From the NCBI GenBank assembly GCA_002269645.1, contig NIVC01002962.1, positions 1 to 64,000 on the forward strand: a stretch of DNA of 64,000 bases, read 5' to 3'. Below the pieces are notes generated by a model. The model had not been told where the DNA came from and searched no databases. It saw nothing but the letters and a program-made list of their open reading frames with translations. The stretch comes from Macrostomum lignano. Taxonomy: Eukaryota. The translations under genes and the position numbers were made by a program. Positions within the stretch are counted from its first letter, which is position 1; each line of letters begins with the position of its first letter. Positions 33,884 to 44,585 of this stretch are shown here, piece by piece.

Positions 33884-34779
33884 ATCGTTGGATCAGTTAA
33901 GCTTTTTCGTCTGGGTGCTTACGAACACTTGCTAAATTTTACATAAAACTTTTCTGATGCGTAGATTTGACGAATTTTACTAACCTAAATTTCTTTGATG
34001 ATTCCTTTTAAAACGTTTTTACTCCTCAATTTTTTCTTTCCTGTTGCTAATATTTTTTTAAATTTCTACTGTTATTAATTTTTAGTCCTGCTTATTAAAC
34101 GATTCTGTTCTACTTGAAGATGGCGAGAAGTTAAGTTTGATGTTGCATTTCTGACCAGATGTTAAAATGTTCTTGCAAATACCTACGATTGTTTTTTTAA
34201 CAATTAGAAATTTCGATTGAATTTTTGTTCCGAATTACTGCTTAAACTTTTCTAGAAACTGACTGGTGCAGATACGAGTATATACGCTATATTTTGCTAT
34301 ACGAGTGTAAATGCAAGATTGTAAGTATTAGTCCAATAATGTGCATTTTTATAATTTATAGAACGTCTCAAACTTGCTTTTAATGTGCAATAAAATATCT
34401 GAAAGTAGATAGCTATAGCTTGTATGCTTTCAAAAATACAGTTGTAATCGTTCTAGTTTATCTAAATAAACTGGCTACTAATTCTTCCTTAAAGGAAAAC
34501 TCGACAAAGATAATTTATTTGGACGTAAAACTGTTTAACTTAATACATCTACTTTAGACGCCCTTAGAGATGTACTTTTGTGATTCAATGGTTTTGTGAT
34601 TCAACACTTTTTTTTCTAAATCATATTATAATAGTGACACAAGAGTGTTATGCCACTAAAGCGGACCACTAAAGTGGGGAAAATTCAGAACCATTTTCCG
34701 ACAGTTGATTCAAAGAGTATATAGGCTAAGAAACTTAGACTACTTTACAAGTTTCACATTGTATTTTTCTACCTCACTC

Positions 34780-36367
34780 ATGAGAAAAATGAAGCGCAAA
34801 TACTGCAGTACAGAAAATCTAAATGAAAATAAATGCTCGTCTAAATTTTGCAACCATCAAGCTATGGGTATGAGTCCACTTACTGGACTGCCATTCTGTG
34901 AACAGCATCTCACAAGTGAACTAGAAAAGGTCAAAAAGCGTCGAACAGATTTATTAGAAAAACTTGAGACCGTCATCGCTGAGTCTGAGAGACGCTCGCT
35001 GCGACTTGAGCAGCAGGCCCTGGCCACAGAGTTGCAGGAGGTCACGGACATGTTCGATGCAGCTCAGGAGCGACTGCAGCAGTGGAGAGACCGGCTGATG
35101 TCGCGTGTGCAGGAGGCGCACGATGCAGTCGCCGAGAGGCTGCGAGACGCGAGCCAAGCAGAAGTGCGCCAAGGAGGTGAAGGATGAGAACTCTCAGGTC
35201 GAGGACTGTGGAAAGCTGTTTGCCTCAGTAGAGTCGTGGCTCGACGAGGCCTGCAGTCGGTCAGAGAAGTTCAGCCAGCAACGAGACGAGCTGCGCGATC
35301 GGCAGAGCCGTCAGCTGGACGATCAGGCAGCAGCAGGTACTATTTTGCGGTGTGTGGGAGACGTAGCAGCAGGTGTTGAGCAGCTGCAGTTCGAGATCGA
35401 CAGACATCTGACAGGTGTGATGCGGCAGTGCTGGCTCGATGACAGAGAGGCGTCTCCTGTGCTCCGGCCTTCGGGCTCGATCTCGCATCTGCCGAGCGGT
35501 CCTCGGTATCTGGCCCTGTGCAGCAACACTCGGGGCTTCGCAGCCGACCCGTCGGGTCGCATAGTTCGAATCGACGCTTCGAATGAGGCGTGCGAGCCTC
35601 TGCCTGAACTTTGCGTCATTGTGGCATTCCATATAAATTCAGTTGAATATCTACAAATGATTTCACTTGATGGAGGCCTTCGACTTCCATGCGAGATTGA
35701 CTTGGATTGGAATAGTTTTATATATGGTGTCCGGTGTGACAATATTCGCCAAAATTTGTATGTAGCGCAAGGCGAAGTGGTTAGTGTCGCCGATTTGTCT
35801 GGTCGTATGCTTCGCCAGATCAGGGATACTGAAATTGCTGAAGCTAACTGCGTTATCTGCTCAATCGATTGTAACTCAGATAAACTATTTGTCCTGACAA
35901 CAACTCCGAATCGACTGGTTGGTTTTAACAAGGATTCTTGGGAGATTGAACTGTCAGTCGATATTGATTCCGTATGCCCTTCAAGCGGGGTTCACAAGTT
36001 ATCAATTGTTAACTGCAAGGCTATTTTATCTTATCAGGGTTGCTCTCGAGTTCTTCGAGTCTGTTGCATAACTGGTCAGCTATTAATGTCGTATCCAGTT
36101 GATTATCGCCTTATTAAAAAGATTCGTCGACCTATGCAAGTTGCTTTTAATAGGCGCGGCCTCCTGTTTGTGAATGAGAACCGCCAATTTGTTCGAGTTT
36201 TGACTAACGATGGAGTTTGTCTACAAGTTCTGTGTAGACCAGATGGTCTAGGCAGACAGCAGTTTAATTGTGCGATGGGTGTCCTAGTCTGCACTGAGAC
36301 CAGTCCGAACGTGCTTCTTGTTGCCGATTCTGTTGATGAGAAGCTGTATGTGTTTGATATCGTTTAA
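34780..36367 (+). pseudogene. RING-less TRIM-NHL-like copy 4 with a 2-nt deletion frameshift at about 35164 (pseudogene or assembly error)
   Basis: ORFs 34705..35187 and 35105..36367 join into one paralogue. Copy 4 reads GCAGAAGTGCGCC where copy 5 reads GCAGAAGAGTGCGCC and copy 6 GCAGAGGAGTGCGCC; no other lesion seen. Confidence 0.75.
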
Positions 36368-37953
36368 AACTTTTGTAATGTTTCAGTTTTTACAATGTAG
36401 TGAGGGTATGGAGCTAAAAATCGACAATTTTCTTATCTAGAGCGATATCCTTAGGTTTTGTGTGAAAAATTCAACATCTATGCTAAAACACATGTGACAA
36501 CAAGGAGATGGCTACTAACTTTTCAATCTAAACTGACGTAGCTACCAAACCAATTTTTCATAGAAATTGCATAGAAACTGCCCAGTCCAGGAAGTGTCCG
36601 AGTATGCGTCATGCTTGCTTGCTCGTACTTACATATACTTGACTTGGCCCGTGCCGTGAGCAGTCCTGACTCCACTTACGAAGTTACATACAAGAGTGTA
36701 GAAATACGTTAAGAAAATTAAACGCAACCTTTGCTCTGATTTTATGATTTTTAACTTTGAGTATCTTCTTTAAGATTCACAAGTTAGCAAACAGCATTAC
36801 CCATTTCGCTCCACCTGCCTTTTAATGTATCTTCCTTGGACCAATACTTTCAATACGACTGTAAATTGATTTTATATTTTAATAGCATGCGATAAAAATT
36901 TTTGTTCGCTGTAGTGTGAGCAATGATATTTTTTGTACGGTACACACTATTTTGTAAGTAGGTGGGAATCTTCCAAGTTCCAATATTGCAACAAATGTTC
37001 GTTTTAAATGTATTCAGACAAATTTTCGGCTCTAAAATCTGATGCCTGTGTGTAAATTGATTTGCTAAGTTCTTTTTTTAAGTAGCGTGCAAAAGGCAGC
37101 ATTATCAATCTATTTCTATTGGTGTACTACGAGTACAAATAAAAAGTGTATTCAGCATTCATCGCTCAGCTTCTACGATCAAGTAACGCAATAGTTATTC
37201 CTATTCTATTTGATTTGTCTTTTTCGTTTTCTAGCTTATTATACAGGATTTAGTTTAAACTTGGACTTTAAAAATATTTCTTTAATTTTTTAGGATGAAG
37301 TTGTAGAAATTATTTGCTTTATTCAATCATAAACTGTATGAGCTATGCTATAAAATAGTTTTTCAGTGCTGCCCTAATTTTTACCAGTCATTTCAAAGAA
37401 TCAAGTAAAACAAATTCCCTCAATTTTAAGAACGCGCTGTTATTTAATTATTTTGCATTTTTCATAACAGTTCCTAAACTAACGCATAAGTTATTTATCA
37501 CCAAAACTTTAAAGTTTTTTGTCACAACCTTTTGAATACTGCCTCGTTCTACTGTTTAGTTTTGCTACAGTACAAACAAACGAAACTTGCATGAAACGAT
37601 CGTCGTTCAGGAAAACGGGTGGGCTATATTAAAATTTGTGCATGTAATCATTCGCTTAAAAGTAACTTCCAATTTGATAAACCCTGGCGTAGCTAGGCCA
37701 TAATAATTATTATAAAAACCGTCTCTAAACAAAAAACAATCTGATACGACCTATCTACATTAAAAAAAGCATTTTTGTTTAGGAATGAGTCGGATTACGG
37801 GCAAATATGCATGTATTTTTGCTCTTTAGGCCAAATTAGTTGATTTTTTGGTTGCCATTTTTATTGCTTCATTTTTTAGTCTAAATAATGCATTTAAGAA
37901 AACAAATACAAGTTAAAAACGTTATAAAATCCCTTTCTGACCAAAAAGAAAGA

Positions 37954-39537
37954 ATGACCTCAACCGCCGACTCCACCGAATGCTGCTCGTCAAAATTCTG
38001 TGGTCAGACGGCAGCCGGTGTAGGCAGGCTCACCTGTCTGCCTTTCTGTGAGAAACATCTTCAGGTTGACATGAAAAGACTGGAAAAGCGGAAAACAGAT
38101 CTGCTTGAGAGACTTAAGACCGTCATCTCTGAGTCTGAAAGACGCTCGCTCCGACTGGAGCAGCAGGCCCTGGCCACAGAGTTGCAGGAGGTCGCGTACG
38201 TGTTCGATGCAGCTCAGGAGCGACTGCAGCAGTGGAGAGACCGGCTGATGTCGCGTGTCCAAGAGGTGCATGATGCAGTCGCCGAGAGGCTGCAAGACGC
38301 GAGCCAAGCAGAAGAGTGCGCCAAGGAGGTGAAGGATGAGAACTCTCAGGTCGAGGACTGTGGAAAGCTGTTTGCCTCAGTAGAGTCGTGGCTCGACGAG
38401 GCCTGCAGTCGGTCAGAGAAGTTCAGCCAGCAACGAGTCGAGCTGCGCAATCGGCAGAGCCGTCAGCTGGACGATCAGGCAGCAGCAGGTAATGTTTTCC
38501 GGTGTCTGGGAGACGTAGCAGCAGGTGTTGAGCCGCTGCAGTTCGAGATCGACAGACATCTGACAGGTGTGATGCGGCAGTGCTGGCTCGATGACAGAGA
38601 GGCGTCTTCCGTGCTCCGGCCTTCGGGCTCGATCTCGCATCTGCCGAGCGGTCCTCGGTACCTGGCGCTGTGCAGCAACACTCGGGGCTTCGCAGCCGAC
38701 CCGTCGGGTCGCATAGTTCGAGCCGACGCTTCGACTGAGGCGTGCGAGCCCCTACCGGATGTGTGTGTCATTGCTAGTTTTGAGCTAAATACTGTAGCTT
38801 ATTTACTACTAATTTCACTTAAGTCCGATGTTCGACTTCGCTGCGAGACCAATTTGAATTGGGCCCGCCGTATTTACGGGCTTCAGTGTGACAGCAAGCG
38901 GCAGCATGTGTACGTTGCGCAGGCTCAAGCTGTGACCGTGATCGACCTGTCTGGTACCGTGATTCGCAGTGTCAGCAAAGCCGATTTTGTTAGCACTGTT
39001 GGTCCAATCCGATCCATTTATTCCAGCTCAGACAAATTGTTTGTATTGGCTACTGACCCCTATCGATTATTTTGCTTCTGCAAAGATTCGTGGCAATGCG
39101 AGCTGTTGACTGATTTTTCTGAACTGACTTCTGGTTGCATGGTCAGCAGTTTTTCAGTTCATGGTAGCAAAATTCTTTTGTGCGATAGAACTTGCGGTCG
39201 GATTCTACGAGTGTGCGGAATCAGCGGTCAGCTACTAAAGTCATATACCCTATCTGGTGAAGTTGTTGACAGTTTTTACCGCACACTGCATCTAGCACTG
39301 AGCAACTGTGGCCTGTTATTTGTTAGCGATCTAAAACATCACGTTGTAAAAGTTATGAAGTCCAGCGGGCCACTTATTCAGACAGTCGGTACTCCGGGTC
39401 AGTGCGGTCAAGTAATAAATCATCAGTTTAATGGGCCTGCCGGTATTGTTATTACCGGTGACACGAGCTCGAATCAACTTTTTGTGGCTGATTCAAACAA
39501 CAAAAGAGTTTGCATTTTTGAGCTTACGTTTATGTGA
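37954..39537 (+). CDS. RING-less TRIM-NHL-like protein, copy 5
   Basis: Intronless ORF (upstream in-frame ATG at 37888); CSSKFC-x15-CEKH; NHL-like GTPGQCGQVINHQFNGPAGIVITGDTSSNQLFVADSNNKRVCIF. Confidence 0.88.
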   Translation: MTSTADSTECCSSKFCGQTAAGVGRLTCLPFCEKHLQVDMKRLEKRKTDLLERLKTVISESERRSLRLEQQALATELQEVAYVFDAAQERLQQWRDRLMSRVQEVHDAVAERLQDASQAEECAKEVKDENSQVEDCGKLFASVESWLDEACSRSEKFSQQRVELRNRQSRQLDDQAAAGNVFRCLGDVAAGVEPLQFEIDRHLTGVMRQCWLDDREASSVLRPSGSISHLPSGPRYLALCSNTRGFAADPSGRIVRADASTEACEPLPDVCVIASFELNTVAYLLLISLKSDVRLRCETNLNWARRIYGLQCDSKRQHVYVAQAQAVTVIDLSGTVIRSVSKADFVSTVGPIRSIYSSSDKLFVLATDPYRLFCFCKDSWQCELLTDFSELTSGCMVSSFSVHGSKILLCDRTCGRILRVCGISGQLLKSYTLSGEVVDSFYRTLHLALSNCGLLFVSDLKHHVVKVMKSSGPLIQTVGTPGQCGQVINHQFNGPAGIVITGDTSSNQLFVADSNNKRVCIFELTFM

Positions 39538-40241
39538 CTTAACTTGAAGACTTAAAGCAATTTATTTTGCCGCTGTTTGATAGATCAGCAACAAAGGTGC
39601 TCTTGACCTTGCGCTTTCTAGTTGAGAGCTGTGTACAATGTACAGGGTGTCAGAACGCCCACCCTATTTATACATTGCAGCTTCTAACTGCTTGCCCTAT
39701 TACATTAGGGCGAACTCAAGCCCTGCTGCAATTGTGATGTCCTTATTCAAGCGCCTGGAAAAGTTTGTTAATTTTAAGAAGTCTACTGAGATTTAGAATA
39801 TAAGAATCTGTATTCACTATGTACATTATGTTTTGTATTGAACAAATTTATTTTCATTATTCTTGCATTATTAAGCAAATGCAAATTCTCAAATTAAAAA
39901 ACTACAAGTAAGGTAGCTTTTGATAGTCTTTTGTATACCGTCTTTGTTGTCTATTTATCGATTTGTACGAGTGTAGTTGTTTAAAGTACATTGAACTTCG
40001 GTGCTGCAAGACAGGCATTCCATCTAGAGTAGCAATAAGAAATATTGTACGTACACTGGAATTGTTAAAGCAGAACATTTTTTTTTAAAACTACTTAACT
40101 GTTTCCGTTTAGTTTAAATTTCCTAGGCTTTACATTTTAACTACTGTCTACAAGATTATTTGTATGTTTGCTTCTTTCGTACGGTAATCACACATCTAAT
40201 CATATACATGTATTTCTCACGTTTCATGTGACAGATTCAGT

Positions 40242-41858
40242 ATGGAGCCAGAATCCGACAGCTCCTGTGCTGAAAACTTTGAAAGCTGTACATCAAAGTT
40301 CTGCAATCAACGGGTAACGTCGCTCTGCCCACTCACTGGCTTGGGATTCTGTGAGCAGCATTTCAGCGTTGAAATAAAGAAGCTGGAAAGGAGGAAGACG
40401 GATGTTCTAAAGAGACTCGATACGGTCATCTCTGAATCTGAAAGACGCTCGCTGCGACTGGAGCAGCAGGCCCTGGCCACAGAGTTGCAGGAGGTCGCGG
40501 ACATGTTCGATGCGGCTCAGGAGCGACTCCAGCAGTGGAGAGACCGGCTGATGTCGCGTGTCCAAGAGGTGCACGATGCAGTCGCCGAGAGGCTGCAAGA
40601 CGCGAGCCAAGCAGAGGAGTGCGCCAAGGAGTTGGAAGAGAAATGCAACGATAGATTTTGCAATAAAGACAGCGTAAAGCTTATCGTCTCCCTAGAGTCG
40701 TGGCTAGATGAGGCCTGCAGTCGATCGGAGAAGTTCAGCCAGCAACGAGTCGAGCTGCGCGATCGGCAGAGCCGTCAGTTGGACGATCAGGCAGCAGCAG
40801 GTACTGTTTTCCGGTGTGTGGGAGACGTAACAGCAGGTGTTGAGCAGCTGCAGTTCGAGATCGACAGACATCTGACAGGTGTGATGCGGCAGTGCTGGCT
40901 CGATGACAGAGAGGCGTCTCCTGTGCTCCGGCCTTCGGGCTCAATCTCGGATCTGCCGAGCAGTCCTCGGTACCTGGCGCTGTGCAGCAACACTCGGGGC
41001 TTCGCAGCCGACCCGTCGGGTCGCATAGTTCGAATCGACGCTTCGACTGAGGCGTGCGAGCCCCTACCGGATGTGTGTGTTGCTGTGTCGCTTACTGAAA
41101 AGGATGTTGAATATATTCTCCTCATGTCGCTAGATGGTAGCATTCGTTTTCGATGCCAAAGCGAGCTGGATTGGAGCAGCCGAATATTTGGTCTTCAGTG
41201 TGACAGCAGTCGTCAGCAGTTGTATGTCGCCCAGGCTAATGCAGTGACAGCGATAGATTTGTCGGGTCAGGTTGTTCATCTCATTACGAGGTCGGATTGC
41301 GGTGAAGTATTCGGCACCATTTGCTCGGTAGACTGCTCTTTGGATAAAATATTTATTCTCAGTGAAAAACCTTACTGTTTAGTTGCTTTTAGCAAAGATT
41401 CGTTTGAGTGTGAGCTAAATGTAGACATTTCTCCATTCAGTACTGTTGATGGCGTCCGCAAAGTATCACTTCAAGGTCATAAAGCGCTTCTTTGCAACCA
41501 AATCAGCGGTCAGTTGATGCGAATTTGCTGCATCACTGGTCAGCTCATAATGGCTTATCCTGTCAAATCAAATTATCAAGAAAGATTTTTTAATCCGCAG
41601 CAAGTACTTTTCAATGGTCGTGGCCTGCTGCTTTTTTCTGACTCTCACTGCGTCCGAATCATGGCCCATAATGGAGCCATCCAGCAAACTCTAGGGACTC
41701 CGACTGAACCTGGTTGTGGCGATCTGCAGTTTAAATCCCCTATAGGTACATGTATCGTGACTACAGAAAAGACGAATCCTCACAAACTTTTCTTTGCTGA
41801 TTTGGAGAACCTAAGAATTTGTGTTTTTGAATTGTATAATCCTATACTTCCATCTTAG
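40242..41858 (+). CDS. RING-less TRIM-NHL-like protein, copy 6 (538 aa)
   Basis: Intronless ORF; CTSKFC-x15-CEQH; NHL-like GCGDLQFKSPIG...LFFADLENLRICVF. Confidence 0.88.
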   Translation: MEPESDSSCAENFESCTSKFCNQRVTSLCPLTGLGFCEQHFSVEIKKLERRKTDVLKRLDTVISESERRSLRLEQQALATELQEVADMFDAAQERLQQWRDRLMSRVQEVHDAVAERLQDASQAEECAKELEEKCNDRFCNKDSVKLIVSLESWLDEACSRSEKFSQQRVELRDRQSRQLDDQAAAGTVFRCVGDVTAGVEQLQFEIDRHLTGVMRQCWLDDREASPVLRPSGSISDLPSSPRYLALCSNTRGFAADPSGRIVRIDASTEACEPLPDVCVAVSLTEKDVEYILLMSLDGSIRFRCQSELDWSSRIFGLQCDSSRQQLYVAQANAVTAIDLSGQVVHLITRSDCGEVFGTICSVDCSLDKIFILSEKPYCLVAFSKDSFECELNVDISPFSTVDGVRKVSLQGHKALLCNQISGQLMRICCITGQLIMAYPVKSNYQERFFNPQQVLFNGRGLLLFSDSHCVRIMAHNGAIQQTLGTPTEPGCGDLQFKSPIGTCIVTTEKTNPHKLFFADLENLRICVFELYNPILPS

Positions 41859-44585
41859 GAATACGTCGAAAAGCATTAGTTTATCGACGCCTAGTTGCTT
41901 TAGCTTTGTTTGTTAGTGTTTGAAGTCTAGCTTTACACTGTATACTCGTACTTTTATTAAACCTAAATATGATACTTGTACTTCGAAGCAGTGCCCTGCT
42001 GTTCCTTGACTCTGGTTGTTGTTTTTTTATTCACATTATCTGCTTCTAAGTTTAGTCCGCCAAAAATATCTAATTAGCGAAGATACTAAACAAACAAAAC
42101 AGTACTTGCGATTCTGAAAAAGATATTTAAGGCGGAATGGTTAATAAAAAGACGACTGAATGATTAATTGTTAATCGTTTATAAAAAGTATTTTGTTATA
42201 ACAAGTTAAACACACTTATTTTGATAAAAATTGTCGAACCAAGCGCCATCTGAGTGCCATTAAAAGCGCGCGAGTATGATAATTTCTGAACTTGTTTTTA
42301 GAAAACCACAGCTAACTTTCTTTAAATCTTCCAGCTAAGCGTCATGTACATCCTGGCCTATTCTATGTTGAAATATCCTTTGAATTTTACTAATAGGTTT
42401 CATTAATACCAATTCAGGCATTATATCATTATTGTTGATTTTTAGTATGAGTCGAAATCATAAGCTGCTGTATCTTGCGTTTGCTATGCATACTTGCTTA
42501 TTTACGAGCGTATTTGTTTTTTTTGTTGATCGAAAACTGTATTTTTCGCTCTTTTAGAATTAGACTATACTAACTATGGGGGGTAACCTAATAATTAAGC
42601 GTTTCCTATTTATTTTTGTTTGCTAATTAATCTTGTGTAAATTTTAATTATGGGCCCGATTTGTTAGTTTTGATTGCTACAGTACATGCTTCTATTACTG
42701 TAGCATTTAAATACATTGTGACGGGGGACTTGTGGAAAACTTCATTGTTTTACTATCATTTTTACTATTAGTAGACTACTACATAAGTGTATCATATTTT
42801 GTATGAATTCTGTGTACATTCATTGAATCGGCTTTTATATGTCGGCAAGTGATGAATTTTTAAAAAATCAATAATTTTGCCCAGCGCCCATCGTAACTCT
42901 CAGCCAATTACAATTCGCTGTATCATCTATCGTTTTATATTAACTGTTCGTTTTTCGTCGCTACTCTAAATAAAATAAAATAAACTTGGCCAACTAAGCA
43001 AGCAAAATATATCAATTCAATTGAATATTGGACTGCGCTATACTTGCATTTTTCTTCGGTCTTGTTCTGCCAAGGACTGCCAGATTAAATTGTCACAACA
43101 TATATGATTTCAACGTACGTTTTTTCACATTTTTACTGTGCACTCAAGTGCTATTACAAAGATATAGTCACTTACATGGCAGTTACATGTAAGTTTTTGC
43201 TTTGTTTAACTTTTTTACTAAACAGTTAGATAAAAATGTGCACGTACAGTTCAGTCCAGATCGATCTTGGCTCGCGCGTCCGCTCTGCAGCTTTTACCTG
43301 GGCTTCACGCTCGTACATGTAGCTATAACTCAATTCTTACCTAATTCATGCCACAGAACGACTAAATAAATAGAAATACAAGGATCATATTAAAGGATCT
43401 GAATAGGGCCGCATATATCAAATAAGCCCGCAGAAAGCACTCAGATTTTGATTGATACATCGACCTACATGTAGATTGATACGCGTACTTTTCAACTATA
43501 CAGCTGCATAAAAATGGACCAGGAAGGTGATTTAATGTGAACTTATACCGTGCCCACAACTACTGAGGAAAAAACAGCATTCTTTCTGTTTAATTACTCG
43601 TGTACATGTACAATATAAACAGCTAGTAGTTAAAGTCTGCAGAGCTCTGCTCAGTGCTTACGGTCCCAATGCCTAAATGAGTGTTAACATCACCGATTCC
43701 ATTAAAAGTGTAGGAATGGGAATAGGAATAGGACTAGTAATAAGGAATTTAGTCAGAATTATTGCTTAATCAATTATTGCACAGCTCCCCACTGCATTTA
43801 CATGATCCATGCATATGGCGACGCCAAATGATGGAGCTGAGTATTTGTTACTCGCCACACTGCACCTCACCGATCGCGTACATTATACATGTGTAAGCAC
43901 CACTGCAGTGGCAGTTTTAAAAACATTACGGTAATGCCGCCATTTTCATGCAGTTAGCACTACAAATACTCTGACATTGAAACTTATTTGATAGTATTGT
44001 AATTTTACAAGTCGAAATTAATTATTATTGCTAGTATTATAATGCATGAGTATTCTAAATGTCAAACTCTAAAGTTGGTTTACAAAATTACTGTTTTGTT
44101 AAAGTTTGTTTTTTCTTTAAGGGGTTTTTAATTTTCTTTATTTCTTATAAAATCGTGTTTCCTGTAAAGCGTTAGCAAGTGAATAGGGTAGGAAAGAATT
44201 GGAGTAGTGCACATTGTGCTTGCGCAAGCAGTGTATTTGTATTATAGGCTTCTTGTCGGGATAATTTAATTTGCCTATAAAAACTCTTTATTTGACCTAT
44301 CTAGTCTATTGTTTACCGAGTAAATTAATTAGGACATACACCGACACCGAGTCACCGACTTACTACCTATATTGAACTTGAATGAACATTAGGCCTAATT
44401 AAAATAGTAAAATATTCAATAAATCCCATATACTTAATCAAACGTAACGACGAACGGGATAATTTAAGCTGCACCTTAAATTTTTGGCTTGGTGTTTTCA
44501 GTTCTAGGATGGTTTTGTAGGATGAGTTTTTCTTTGTGACCAGTGACCACTGACCACCCAGTTAAAAGCCTTTCTGACTAGTCTA

